A stretch of 64,000 bases of DNA from Epiperipatus broadwayi (GCA_028023455.1 JAQFVV010000005.1:20026001-20090000), one strand, 5' to 3'; positions 12,490-25,399 are shown, numbered from the stretch's first letter. Made by a program: numbers and translations. The notes: generated by a model not told the origin, from the letters alone.

Positions 12490-13720
12490 ATACTATCCTT
12501 AAATAAATATTTTAGATCATTTAATGATGTCTGCATCCAGATTGATTCAAATTCATTGTTAGCAGTCACACTTCATGCTGTGACAAAGTTATTATTGACA
12601 CATTCTGATTGTATCAAGATTATTATTAGCACTCTCCAAGATGTGTCAAAGGCATTGCTATTTTTCTGATATATATCAATCAATTACGTTCTGTCCTATA
12701 TCAGTTCCAGAAAGCAATCATGCAACCAACTCATCCATTTCTCCAATTTTGTATTTTCCTTTGCCTAAATCTTCAATTCCACATATTTTTTCCCAACTCT
12801 TACTACCATCCAGTAAGATCAATCTTTTCCTTTCTTTCTTCCTGTTTTCATTCATTATTCTCTCTTAAACATATTTCCTTAAATTATTATTATTTTTTAG
12901 TATACGCTCAATCCAGTTCCTCTTTCTATAACTAATTTTCTCAACCAATCTCTTTTTTCATTCACCCTGTTCAAAACTTTATCATTTGTTATTTTATTCA
13001 TCCAACTACCTTTCCAATTTTTCTCATTATCCCACATCCCAAAGATCTCCAATCCATTTCTTATTCTTTTATTCATTGTTCATGTTTCCCAACCATACAA
13101 TAATACATTTTACACATAGTGCTTAATTAATCTTCTTTTTAATTATCTCTTCAAAGATCCATAAAATATGTTTTCATTCAATAAATATTTCTTTTGCCAA
13201 TACTATCTTTCTTTTAATTTCATATTTGATTTCCCATTCTCATTTAATCAAGTAACCAAATATCTAAATCCATTCACTTGTTGGATATTATTCCATATTC
13301 CATACTTCATTCTTCCAATTTATTTAACATATTCTGGAGACATTTTTTATGCTCAGTTATAAGAACTATATTATCTGAAAATCTTATATATTTTACTATT
13401 CTTTACCAATGTTAGCTTATCCATTCTCCATTGTCTAACTCCTCTTTCTATGCTCACTCATTCAATCTTATTATTCTCAAATCTGATTCTTATTCTTTAT
13501 CTAGTGCACAAATTCCTAATTAATCTATTCTCCAAAATATTTTTTTATTTTTCAAGATGGTCATAAGTTTATTTGAGATTACTCTACCAACTGCTTTTTT
13601 CCAAATTTACAAAACATGTGCCAATTCCACTTTTTTCCAGCATATCTCTGTAATCATTTTGCTTTCCACAATAATATGTGATTAATTAATTTAAAAAACA
13701 TACCTATCATAATCATAATT
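12490..13720 (-). mobile_element. Degenerate RTE-type LINE RT fragment (separate family)
   Basis: Minus-strand decayed motifs LEKAVGRV, RGVRQ, IRFSDNIVLITE and YGWET. Confidence 0.65.
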
Positions 13721-14364
13721 ATAGCTTTTTGGATTTTTTTTATTCTTTCTCTCATTTTCTCTTCATTTTTTATTATTATTAAACACTATTATTTACCATA
13801 GAAACAACTTTAGGATACATTTTGTAATCAAGTTTTAACATACATCTATCAAATAGATTTCCTTAAAATTCTCTGCAAATGTTAGAAATCGATGACAATG
13901 TAAAATGACAATGAAATATTTCAGGATGATCATCTGATTGTTTATCTTAGCAGTGTTGGTAGAGTGACTTTCAATCATGTTGATATTAGTTTAATATGCT
14001 TTCAGTGATTTTCATGATATGATAGTATATTTTATATGTATAAACAAAAAATAAAAAGCATTTAAGGTAAAGGTTATTTTAAATTTTAATTTTTCTTGAT
14101 TGTAAAAGTTTCTGCTTCTTTCATAAACAAAATTATATTGGAATCAATTTTTAATGCATCATGAATTTTCTTTAAAATATGATACAGAATAAAACATGGT
14201 TTTTATTCTCCATTTTAGATAGAAATAAGTACAAAAAATATCTGCCTACTTAAAAATTAAAAATAATATATATATAAACCAGTGATGAAGTGTGACTTTT
14301 TTAGGAATGGAAGCACACTTCTTTTTTTAATAATATTTTTATTTCACTTGCACAACAATTTTTA

Positions 14365-14822
14365 TGTAATCATCATCAACCATTATCAATCCACTGCAGA
14401 ATGAAGGTCTCTACAAGTTTAATCCATCTTCTCCAATCTTTAGCTTCTCTTCTCCACATCATCCCTGCACACTTTCTTATTTCATCCATCCATCTCACAT
14501 GTGGTTTCTTTCTGGGTGTTTTACAATCTCTTGGAATCCAGATTAAGATTTCAATTGTCCATCTATTATCATCTCTTCTAGCAATATGCCCAGCCCAACT
14601 CCACTTCAATCTTTTAATTTTTTTAATGAAGTCAGTAACACCTGTTTGTTCTCTTACCCATACATTGTGTTTTTGATCTCTTTTTATTCCCAACATGCAT
14701 CTCTCCATACTTCTTTGAGTGGTTTGGAGTCTCTGTATTGCTCTTCTATTAAGTGTCCAAGTCTCAGATCCATAAGTAAGAACTAGTAAAACACATTTAT
14801 TAAAAACCTTCCTTTTCAAACA
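14365..14822 (-). mobile_element. RTE LINE 3' fragment
   Basis: ORF 14376-14819: LTYGSETWTLN..QRSMERCMLG..LKWSWAGHIARR..RWMDEI..LQW; ATG-repeat tail. Confidence 0.9.
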
Positions 14823-14933
14823 GTATCAAGTTATTTCTACCAAAAGCACTCAAACCAAATTTAATTCTATATATTACACACATCTAGAAAAATCTGAAAC
14901 TCTCTTATCTGTAAATCAGAGAATATATTATCA

Positions 14934-15468
14934 TATGATCACCATCTCTTATTCTAGCACATAACTGTTATTAAACAGGCAAAACTCTCCATACAGTAAT
15001 GCCACCCAGCTTTATGGAGAGTTTTTACTGTTTAATAATAGTTATGTGCTAGCACAAGAGATGGTAATCATGTGTTGTTTAGTGGTTTAACACCAATCCT
15101 GCCTAATAGGATAGTGGTGGCTTCGGTTGTTAAAGAGCCAAAGACACCAAAATGTATGGGTGCTGAACTGAGTTCAGACCCATATGACTATATAAACTAT
15201 TGAGCTTAGATTGAAAATATTATTGTGTTTTCAATATCATTCTCATAGTTTTGTAGTTAAGTAGAGATAAAAAGTGGCTGCTGGAGGGTTGCATTAGATC
15301 CTAAGATCTAGGTGCAGTGCTCTCAGATCACTGATGAAGACCACAAGCCAGAAACTAGTCTGGGGACCTTGGATGAGTAGGCACTAGATGGAGATTTTAT
15401 GCACTAAGCCTTCTGGCATCCATTAATTACTCTGGTTGGCACATGGAGAGTTTTGCCTGTTTAATAAC
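14934..15468 (+). mobile_element. Family 2 element, composite copy C (foldback + HHR body)
   Basis: Foldback ~14934-15090, then body 15133-15468 in + orientation; 14 bp direct repeat AGAATATATTATCA at 14920-14933 and 15469-15482. Confidence 0.8.
15328..15365 (+). ncRNA. Minimal type I hammerhead ribozyme motif (family 2)
   Basis: TCA CTGATGA A GAC cacaa GCC A GAAA CTAGTC TGGGG; one stem II mismatch; GUC at 15358-15360. Confidence 0.75.
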
Positions 15469-15470
15469 AG

Positions 15471-15903
15471 AATATATTATCAATATATTTTTATCTTCCA
15501 AATCCTTTTAACATTCTTAAAAGTTTTAACTGTAATTTAGATCTTAGCATTGTTTGGAACTTCTTATAATCTATGGGAATGTGTTAATCAAGTTCATTCT
15601 TTCCACATATAAAAACAATTTAACTTTTAGTAAAAAACATTGAAAGTCAACAGTAATTCCATGCAAAAAAATAATGAATTTGAATTGCTCATTATAATCA
15701 GATTGTGATTGGTTTAAATATCGATAATACATTATCAATATATTTTTATTTTCCAAATTCTTTTAACATTCTTAAAAGTTCTAACTGTAAATTAGATCTT
15801 AGCATTATTTGAACTTATTATAATCTATGGGAATGCATTAGTCAAGTTCATTTTTTCTGTATATAAAAACAATTCAACTGTTGGTAAAAAAAAATTGAAA
15901 GTG
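15471..15903. repeat. Diverged ~175 bp direct duplication (15471-15647 and 15726-15903)
   Basis: Shared ttttaacattcttaaaagtt..agatcttagcatt..taatctatgggaatg..tataaaaacaatt..ttgaaagt. Confidence 0.85.
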
Positions 15904-16292
15904 AATTTTTTAAATTGAATTTTAATTAAAGCTTTTGAAAGTTTTAATGAATTTTTTCATGGAAGCACTCATTCAGTTTAATACATGGACGTTTCATCCC
16001 TGATATAGACTCTTTTATAATAAACATTCTTATTTGCTGTATACTAAAAACCAAAAAGTAATTGTTTTTTTCAATCACAATTAGAATTTTTATATTTAAC
16101 TTAATACAAAAGTGTGGGAAATTAATTAATTCAATCACTAATTTTTATAACAAGTAATTGAATTAATTAATTTCTGATAACTCCATTTCAAGTTAAATAT
16201 ATAAATCTTTTGGATTTTTAGTGCATGATAAATAAAAGCATTTTAAATAAAATATTACATATAATCCCAGTGCATAACTCTATACTGAAATA

Positions 16293-16484
16293 AATATGCA
16301 AATATTAAATTACCCCATATGGTTAAAAAATCCAGCACTGCCCTCTGTGAACTAATATATAAATACATTAGAGTTCGTATAGCTGGCTATTTTGAAATAC
16401 AAACTCTAATGTATTTATATATTAGTTCACAGAGCGTGGTACTGGATTTCTTAACCATGTGGGGTGATTTAATATTTGAATATT
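16293..16484. repeat. ~190 bp near-perfect palindrome (foldback element)
   Basis: Arms ~16293-16375 and ~16401-16484 are reverse complements with few mismatches; inner ATAGC/GCTAT hairpin. Confidence 0.9.
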
Positions 16485-17298
16485 ACATATATATTACAAC
16501 GATCCTGCTATTTGGAATGAGATATTAATACAATACGCTTCAATATATAAAGGTGAAATTCTAATTTTTTTAATATTGGCTAAGTGCTTTCAGAGCAATA
16601 ATTCTATGGGTATGAAAAGTTAATTAATGCTTAATAATAAAAGATAATCTTGAGATTTATGCTTAAATCCAAATAACAGTGATGAAACAAGATAGGAGTA
16701 AAATATAATTTATTTTAATCATAAATCATACTAATGGTTAGACATAGCTATAATAATAAAAATATTATAGACTATGTCACCTTTCCAGACCATTAATTAC
16801 TCCTAAGTAACTGAAGAGAAAATAGATTCTCTACGAATTACAAACTTATATTAGGTTAAAAACCAGAGCACTAACCCAAAACTGGGAAATCCATAGGAGG
16901 ATATTCTACATCATCAGTATTATTAAACAATACTACGACTAATTCAGTAGAATTTGAACTCTTATCTCCCTAGCTGTTATAAAGTTTAATTTATTATTTA
17001 AATGGTAAAAATTTATTAAAGAAAAACAGGAGGCTGAATTAATAAGTAACAAATAAAATATTTATTATAGAATAAGACACAATATATTAAAACATTATTA
17101 CATTGAATAATAAATACTTAAATTTGACCATCCTTCAGATGATCTCACATTTTAAATACTAAAAGTTTTATCAAAGTCTCCGGTTTAAAATTCTCTTTTT
17201 GTTAATCTTAACATTTTTCTTCATATGTTTGTTTTATATTATGGAGTCTATTTCGGTATTTAAGATGCTGAAAATCCATCCTAGAGAATTTAGAAACA

Positions 17299-17370
17299 TT
17301 AATTTAGCCCTTTAGCTGCTTCGAGTTTTAATTTATTCAGATCGTATTTTCTTAAATCATATTTCTTCAC
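17299..17370 (-). other. Candidate terminal exon (VKKYDLRKYDLNKLKLEAAKGLN*), product unknown
   Basis: Acceptor tttgtttttag/acag at 17371-17376, open frame to TAA at 17299-17301, AATAAA on the minus strand near 17060; CpGs retained. Peptide not recognised. Confidence 0.25.
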
Positions 17371-17864
17371 CTGTCTAAAAACAAATAATCTGCAAGAGAG
17401 GACTTTCAATTAACATTTATTTGTAAGCATAATTTTTTTAAAATATAGATTAAATACAACTCAAAAATGGTAATTCAAATTTGATTACATATCAGACTAA
17501 AATAAATAATTAATCCAAACTACATTGATCCAAGATAAATGAGACACACTCAATGAAATTAGCCCCCTTGAGCCACAATAATCATTTTATAATATTTATT
17601 TTTATTCACAACTTGTTTTTACTAGTATCTTATGATGATTGTAAAACAAAAGCCAGACTGGAAATGTTGGGAAGAACGCGAGCTTTCAATAAAATCTTAA
17701 ATCACGTTTTAATTTAAATGCATTGATTTAAAATAAATAAACGATATCGATCACCTTTCTAATTATTCTCCTTAGTTAATGTTATTACTTAAAATAACAA
17801 AAAAAAATTGAGACAACAAAAATCTTTTATAAATTGATATTCTAACAAAACAAAACTTCAACAT

Positions 17865-17925
17865 TTTCTTTTTTTTTCTCACGTGTCATAGCATCAGCCG
17901 GGAAGCAAACCCGCTATCCAGGAAC
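17865..17925 (-). mobile_element. SINE 3' fragment (same family as 3634-3748)
   Basis: ttttttctcacgtgtcatagcatcagccgggaagcaaaccc matches the family 3' end. Confidence 0.7.
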
Positions 17926-18344
17926 AAACTTTAAATAACTGACCTTTGAACCTTAATGTTAGAGAAGATGCAAGTAAATTTAAATTTGTAAACAAAAAGA
18001 AATCTTTTTTTTAAAAAACTTATTGGTCTATTCTGCTTTTTTTTTTTTAAATATCGTTTTTAATAAAATTGTTATCCCTAAAGATAACCAACATTTAAAA
18101 ACAGCATTCAACCATTCTTGAGGTCAGTTATGTATCTTGCTTTGCAACCGATACAATATATTATTTCATCTTACTATCTCAATCATTTAGATCAATATAG
18201 ATCCTAATAGTCATGGCACTTTCATGCTAAGAGTCATCTCCCTAATCTAACTTTGATAATGGATTAAGCATGCTTCTATATAATTATATCACAATAATTT
18301 TGACTCCAATCTTTTTTTTCTTTCATTTTCTTATTTTCTTTTTT

Positions 18345-18448
18345 TTCATATGTCATAGCATCTGCCGGGACGTGAACCCACAACCGTCTACAACCAACAA
18401 CTTGCTTGCAAGGTGGCTGCGATGACCTCTTGGCTAACAACGCTTGAC
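18345..18448 (-). mobile_element. tRNA-derived SINE, best-preserved copy
   Basis: Minus strand GTCAAGCGTTGTTAGCCAAGAGG (A box)...GGGTTCACGTCCC (B box)...GACATATGAAAAAA; imperfect TSD ttattt(g)tctttt. Confidence 0.8.
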
Positions 18449-18570
18449 TTATTTGTCTTTTTAATTTTTTTATTCTGACGTTAAAATGGTCATACTTGGA
18501 AATGAGTGGCTGCTAATGATGTTAATGACTTTTTCATTGCAGCAATGTTAGTTTCAAAATTTATGGTGTG

Positions 18571-19410
18571 TGTTGTATACATATGTAAATAGAGCCAGTA
18601 AAGGCACACATTAATTAAGTGAAAATAAAAGTAATTAGAGGTGTAGTATATATATGTAAATAGAGCCAGTAAAGGCACACATTTAATTAAGTGAACATAA
18701 AAGTAATTAGATCAGGCTGCATTAACTAAATAAAGATGCGTTGTTTAACAGATTGGATTACCAAGGGAATTAATAACCAAACGAAGCCGCCTGCACACAC
18801 ACGCGAAAAAGATGTAGTAATACTCCAGAAAAGAAGGGACGAGAGTGGGATTTTCAAACGTGGGAGTATAAAAGAGGAGGAAAAATTAATATCGCCCTCT
18901 TGTCCTTTGGTTCTCCATGAGTGCTGCCACTACGGACTGTGATTCCAGGTTCTCGGCACCTATAGGTGAATCCGGCCGATTAGGGTAGAAGTAGACCGCA
19001 CTAGTCTTAATATAATTTTTAAACGCCCTTAGTGGCTTTATTACGAGGGTTTTATTTCGTCACCTAGTCAAGGTACTGTGCGTTTTTGTATTACTGTTAG
19101 ACAGAGAGGGGGAGTTAAAGTGTAAGGCAGTCAGATTATGTATATAGATATATATATGTTAACCAATAGCTCATAACTGTTATTTTAGTGTAAATTATCA
19201 TGTAACCAATAAAGATCTAGTGTAAATAAGTCTGTAGTTCTTATTTTAAATTAAGTATTATATTTGCGATCGTTCAGCCACAGCTGAAGACACTGCAAAT
19301 TACTGGCGCAGTCTCAAACAACCTTAAATTATGTCGTTAGGACAGAACAGCATAGGCAAATTCGATGCCAGTAACGCGTCCGAATGGCCATTATATAGAA
19401 CACAGGGTTC
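18571..19410 (+). mobile_element. CpG-rich LTR + PBS + truncated gag start (Gypsy type)
   Basis: Starts TGT with a 71 bp tandem duplication (18571-18710); TATAAAAG ~18868; AATAAA ~19208; PBS TGGCGCAGTC at 19304; ATG 19331 MSLGQNSIGKFDASNASEWPLY resembles a gag N-terminus (G.FD...W..Y). Confidence 0.7.
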
Positions 19411-21156
19411 AGAAATAATTGACTTTCTCGATCTCATAGCAGTCACACCAGCATAATTGTAAGAAAGGTTGTAAAAATGATTATTTATTAATCTGTCTTT
19501 GAACAGTTTATTTTGGTTGATTTAAACAAAATTTATTTAAATTTCTTAGTTGATTTAATTTCATTCCTTTATCAGAATTACTAGCATTTGTGGTCTACTT
19601 AAATATACATATGAGCATAGAAAGTGATTTCCATTTTCTGTATTTTCATAGTGTTGTTTTGATAGCAGAGTTAAATGTTTATTGGTTTAAATGTAAGTGT
19701 GATGGTTATGATAATGTAATTTATGTGTAATGCCCAGTTAGAAATTGGCAAATTAGACTTATAATACATATACAAAAATATTATTATATAGTCCTTTGCT
19801 TAAATAAACTAATAGAATATAAACAATTTAATGTCAAGACAATGGGAATTCCATTTTCTACCTAGTTATAGTGTTGTATTGACAACAGATTGTTAATATT
19901 GGCTTATTAAAGTATGAGGACTGTGTGAGGTAGTTACACACACATATATATTTTACCGTCCCCTGTCCCCTTGCACCGGCTCCCTATTAAACCGTTCCTA
20001 AAAGGGATTGTGAGCTCCAAAACAAACATGATACAGCGTAAAGATTTATTTATTTTTTCTTATATCAATAGTTGTTCATTATCAACACAAGAGGGCGCCA
20101 GATACGATGATTTGATTCACAATTTAATTTCTCGCATCACCTTACGTCATATCAAAACGATTTTGAAGTCTAATCCCTGCCCATAAGCTCGAACTCCCAG
20201 CATGGACCAATAGGGGTCACTCAGGGTCGCGATGAAATTGCCTTCAAGACTATTATTCTGGCAAATGACACAATATTAACCAATGGATAAGAAGATCGGT
20301 TGATTAACAGATCGGTCCAAGCATTGGACGGGATCATTGGTTATTTATAACTAATATGAATGTTCGGTTGAGGCATCATTAGAATAAACAATTAGACGCT
20401 TATAATATCATCCCCCCTTTTATCATACAGTCCAATAGAATTATTTATACTAGCTCTATTGACATTTACTTATATTTATTAATAATAGGCCCTCCCAACT
20501 CTTAAACCTATGTTAACTACATAATAAGTAAACATCGTGACTTACGGCACGATGTTTATGAATGAAATTTAAAAGAAATAAGAACAAAAAACAAAAAAAA
20601 TATAAGAAAGACAAATTTAAAAGTAAATAATTAATTGCATGAATAAATGCTAATAATAATAATAATTTCAAAAAAAATATATATTTAATTATAGAAAATG
20701 ATTTTGAGGAATGCTCGACTAGTTTAAATTAAAAAAAAAAATTATTGATTATAAAAAAATGAAACATTGATTAATAGCTTTATTTGCACGCACATACGCG
20801 CATTCTCGCACTCGCACAGAAAAGAACATATTATGCATAATAAACATGGCTAATAAAATATATTTCCTCTTTTTACATTTTGAAATTAGGTGTGTGTTAT
20901 AGTTTATCTGCGAAAGAAAATAATAATTAGGATCAAAGTTCATAACTGGAAAAGTCCTAAGATTTAAATATGAGGAACTATGTAGCATCTGATATTTTTA
21001 TTTACGAAAGTTGAGATTAAAATAATAAGATTTAAATATGAGGGATTACGGATCATTTTATATTTGATTTACGAAAGTCGAATTTAATTAATTATGAGAT
21101 TGCCTTTTAAGTTTACGTAAAGAATGAATGGAAGCATTATAAAAAAAAATGTTTAC

Positions 21157-21400
21157 CTAGGATTTTGCTTAGTCTTCTGCTGCTTCTAATTTGGTGAGGG
21201 TTCGAACCTGATAGATGATGTTTCCATAATACATGGTTATTCATTTCACATAAGTTCAGCGTAGTATGTTTGGACGATTCTTGTATATTAAACGGAACAA
21301 CGTCCTTAGACTGATTGGAGCACTATGTTCGGACGGTACTGTTGTTGATCATTCATAGCTGTGGAGATGTTCTGGCGGCGGAGCGTCGGTCAATCACTGA
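21157..21400 (-). other. Candidate first exon of a divergent transcript
   Basis: Donor CTAG|GTAAAC at 21157/21156; Inr-like TCAGTG near 21398; ATG 21244 gives MNNHVLWKHHLSGSNPHQIRSSRRLSKIL + phase 1; CpG-rich. No family recognised. Confidence 0.35.
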
Positions 21401-23978
21401 AGGGTTTCCTAGCCCATCATGACGATCGACGCTCTAAATGTTAATTTCACAGTGATCATATTGGATAAACCGGATAGCAAAAAAAAAGAAAAGTTCTAGT
21501 TGTAGCTTCCGGAGGAATCTAGGAAAAAACTATAAGCATAAGCATAAATACAAGCAAAAAGAAAAGGAGTGTAAAAAGCCTTTCTTTTAGATTTAGATTC
21601 ATATTTATATGGGTTGGTTATTATCTGAGGATCGAATCTCCACCCAGAGTTCAATATTCTTTGAGTTGTCGTTGGGGTCCGTGTCCTACGTAATGTCCAC
21701 TCAATCCATATGCTTGAGGCAATCTTAGGTTTATGCAATCTCATATTGCAATCTCAGTTAGAAAAAATTCATACTTATTCACACCTTTTATGCATACATG
21801 TGTGCGTGTTTTAAGAGAACAATTTAAATTACATTAGTTTAAAAGTCGAGCATTTAATCTGTCTCAAAATCACTTCTATAAGCTTTTAACTTTCACTACA
21901 GTTATAATCTAAAATAAACCCCTTTTAATTACCCCCGCGGCATATACAAGTAGAAATCACTTATTGAGATTTAAAATGGCATATTAGTAATATTTTATAT
22001 TTTATTTTTTTTTAGAGAATATTATTATAGTAGATTATATGAAAGCCTTAAACTATTTAATCAGAAATATTAACATTTTATTTTACAGTGTATTTTATAA
22101 CGCATTGAAAGAAAACTACATTTATTTTCTATCATAAGTTGAAAGTGAAAGAAGAAAAAAATATAGAGTGTTTACATTGCTCGTGTGTGTGCGTATATAC
22201 CTGTACCGACTTTGTCTCGGTACAATATATATATTTCAATTTCTCTTTTGTTTCTTATCTTTTTCAACAATCTTTAATTAGTCTTTTAACAACTATTACT
22301 TTTAATCATTTCTTTCAAATTTATTTTTTCTAATCTAATTCCACATCTTTCTCCATTTTTTTTTCTAATCCCTACAAAATATCATATGATTTTCCCAGCT
22401 TCTTCAATATATTCTTCTGAAAATAGTTCTTCTCAATGCACTCCAGAACCATCTATAGTGAATAATCACAGATACTAGATTATAATGATATAATATCCAC
22501 ATCTTCAAACAGGTTTCTGGCTTTGGTCATTTTCAATGAAAATTTATAATTCAATGCTCGAACTAATATACTTATGCATCTAACAGTCACCTTTAACCCA
22601 AATACTATTCAAGTTAATAGCTTGAAATCCAAAAACATAAAAAAACTCATATTTTGAATCATAATTATATAGATCTGATATCAAGTTATTGATCTGTTTT
22701 ATATTAAAGGTTGGCAGTACTTATTGGCTAGAAAGGTTGTTTCAACAAAGCACCATATCTTTCTCAGCTTGTTCAACATATTTTCAATAGTAATTCTTTC
22801 ACTCTCCTTCAGAGCCATCTATCATAAGCTTGAATAATCAATGATAACTGAATAGTAGTGCTATAATACGCACATGCTTGTTTTCGAACACAAGGATTTA
22901 GAATTCAAAACTGGATCTAATACCCTCATGCATATAAATTTTTATTACATACAATGTGAACCAAACAAAATATTCAAAAACATTTCACTTCAGTCACATA
23001 TTCTTATTAAAATGCTGCTTAGTCAATACACTTTTCACTATCTCTATTATTACTTTTACAATAGTAACCAGTTTCTTCAGAACTATATTTAAAAACATTC
23101 GATCCAAATCCACTTTTAATCTTTCATTCCTTTTTTATTTACATTCATAGCTTTAGTTTAAATAAAATTACTATTTATTGAACTTTCCGAGTTCAAACTG
23201 AATTATTTGTTTCTTTTTCCTTCTATCCACTTTTTCATTTAAAACAGTTTTTTACCTTCTCGTAATCTCGGCTTCATTTTGAATCTAAGAACCACGCTTT
23301 ACTAATATATATTTAAATGTGGAATAAAAACAGAAATCTCTCCCCATTTCCAACAATTACAAATAGTAAAAATTGTATTCTTACATTTTAATGAAAGTAA
23401 GAATTTATTATTATGGAAAATAAAACTAGGCATTAAAAATATTCTTGACATAAAAATAAAATCAATGAAATAATATGCTATTAAATTTCAGAAATAAAAT
23501 CTAAATTGCAAATTCCACTTCTAATATTTTTCAAAAGAAAAAAAATTGTTAAAGAATTTACAAGGATGAAATACTTCTGTGGTATATATGTGCAGTTCTG
23601 TTTGTTTGCAGAATTAACATCGGTTTTCTTTCTTTTTTTTTTTTAAAAAAAAAAGAAAAATATCAATTTTACGTTCATTAAAATTTTGCAATTTGCTTTT
23701 TCTCCTTTAAATTTCTTTTTCTATTGACTTTTGAGAAAGAGAGAAAGAACAGAAAGTGGTTTTTTTTTTTGATAAAATAGAGGGCGCTATATCTATTTTA
23801 ATTCCTCGTTCATCGCCATTTTGTCAATTGTAAAGATAAATTAAAAAGCATTTGCTAACCGAGCTACTTTTTTTTTTTTTTTAAATGGAATATCTATAAG
23901 AACTAAGAGGAAATAATAATGATCAGATTTATTAGAAAGTGATTTTATATATCTATTTCTGTTTTTTTCGTATGGAAA

Positions 23979-24165
23979 ATGAGTACGAAAAATTCAAGTA
24001 CCGGCAGTAAAAAGAAGACCGGAGGTGGGTTTCTCACGCGCCAAGTGAAAATGAAAAAGGACCAAACGACTTCAAACTCAAATGATTACGTAACGGAAGA
24101 AGAACTTTTACTAAAATCTGTGATATCTCCAGAAGATGTTCTTAAATTACCAAAGATTACAGAAA
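23979..24165 (+). CDS. unc-119: UNC-119 homologue, first coding exon (partial CDS)
   Basis: MSTK..VTEEELLLKSVISPEDVLKLPKITE matches the UNC119 N-terminal block (ITPEDVLxLxxIT). Donor A|GTAAGT at 24166 falls just before the conserved (D/N)YLC motif; phase 1. Confidence 0.8.
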
Positions 24166-25399
24166 GTAAGTTTAATTTTTATATATATTTAAAAGAAAAA
24201 TTTTTGTTCCCAAGTATGTTCTCATTTTCCTAGCATCTTTATTTTAAATCATAACGTTAAATGTTTTTGAAGCCTCCGACTTCAGGTGTGTTGTTCGGAT
24301 TGCTTTTTATTGTCATTAGTATATATGCAGATTTATGCAAAATTTGTTTATTAATGTCGGTGTTTGTTATAAGAGAATAATATAGGAACTCAAAAGTGTT
24401 TGTTGTTTACATTGTCAGATTTAAAGTTTTGAGAATTCCTTGTCAATTTTAAAGTATTTATTTCTCTGACTTTGGTTACGGTCTGAAAACGTTAATAGAA
24501 AGACTTTCCATGACGTAAATTATGTTATTAAATCTCTATTAAAAAGATGTTGATAGAGTTCGGAATTTATTTATATATGTTTCTTTTAACTATGGCAATT
24601 AAAAACAAAAAATAAAAGTCTATTTTTAGTTTTTTTTGTTTTTTTTTAATAAAAGAATTATTTGAAAATGGGAATTACTTTGTTTATATATTTTTCTTCT
24701 TACCTTTGTCAAAATTAGTCTAATTAAAATCTGACTGTTTATACTAATTAAGAAAAGGTTAATATGCTTATTAAGAATTTTTAAATATATGTATAAAGAG
24801 CTAATCTTTAGTAAATTATACTGATTGAAATTTAGATTATATTGACTTACCTGTATCGGGAAACAATCTATTTTGTTTTCTAATTTTTGAATAAAGAAAT
24901 TAGAAACATAACTGAATTTTACTGCATTTACAAAATTTAACTGTCTATTGTTGATTTAAAAAAGTTATTGTAAATTATAGTATTTATGAGTTGTTTTTTT
25001 TTATAGTTATTTGGTGATATCGTATAAGTATTTTTAACATTATTTAATTAGTATATGCTCCACTTATTTAATAAAGCCGCAACTGTTATATTTAATGACG
25101 AATTCCGTTTATTTAAATGATTAGTGAATATGTGTCCAGCGTATATATATATATACTTGTTTACAACTAATTGTATGTAAGAGAATGAGGCCTAAAAATT
25201 CTGCTCAAAGACGGACAATATTAGGCAATATGATACTAATATCAAACTTGATACTCGATCATCCTCCAGATAGTTGGCATTTCTTGCCATTGTTTTAATT
25301 CAATTTTAGTCTTTCAATTTTTTAGAATCATTTTAAAATATTAATGACACTACTACAACATTCAGATGTTATGTATGTCATCAGTTGAACAGATTCTAT

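Larger units (their letters stand above)
19950..24500. promoter_or_regulatory. CpG-retaining promoter domain upstream of unc-119 (possibly bidirectional)
   Basis: Manual count: 14 CpG in 21241-21480 versus 4 in 52021-53000. Contains AGAGGGCGC motifs (20090-20098, 23779-23787), YY1/Pho-type CGCCATTTT (23814-23822), ETS-like CTTCCGG (~21506) and T/A tracts. Confidence 0.65.

Noticed and set aside
14934-15090. Family 2 as a piggyBac- or Kolobok-type MITE (TTAA-flanked TIRs)
   Set aside because: TSDs are 9-14 bp and variable, inverted segments differ per copy, and the body carries a hammerhead.
21195-21215. GGTTCGAACC tRNA B-box
   Set aside because: No cloverleaf or properly spaced A box around it.
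21496-21744. 82-aa minus-strand ORF in the CpG-rich region
   Set aside because: No recognisable motif, low-complexity end; more likely promoter or UTR sequence.
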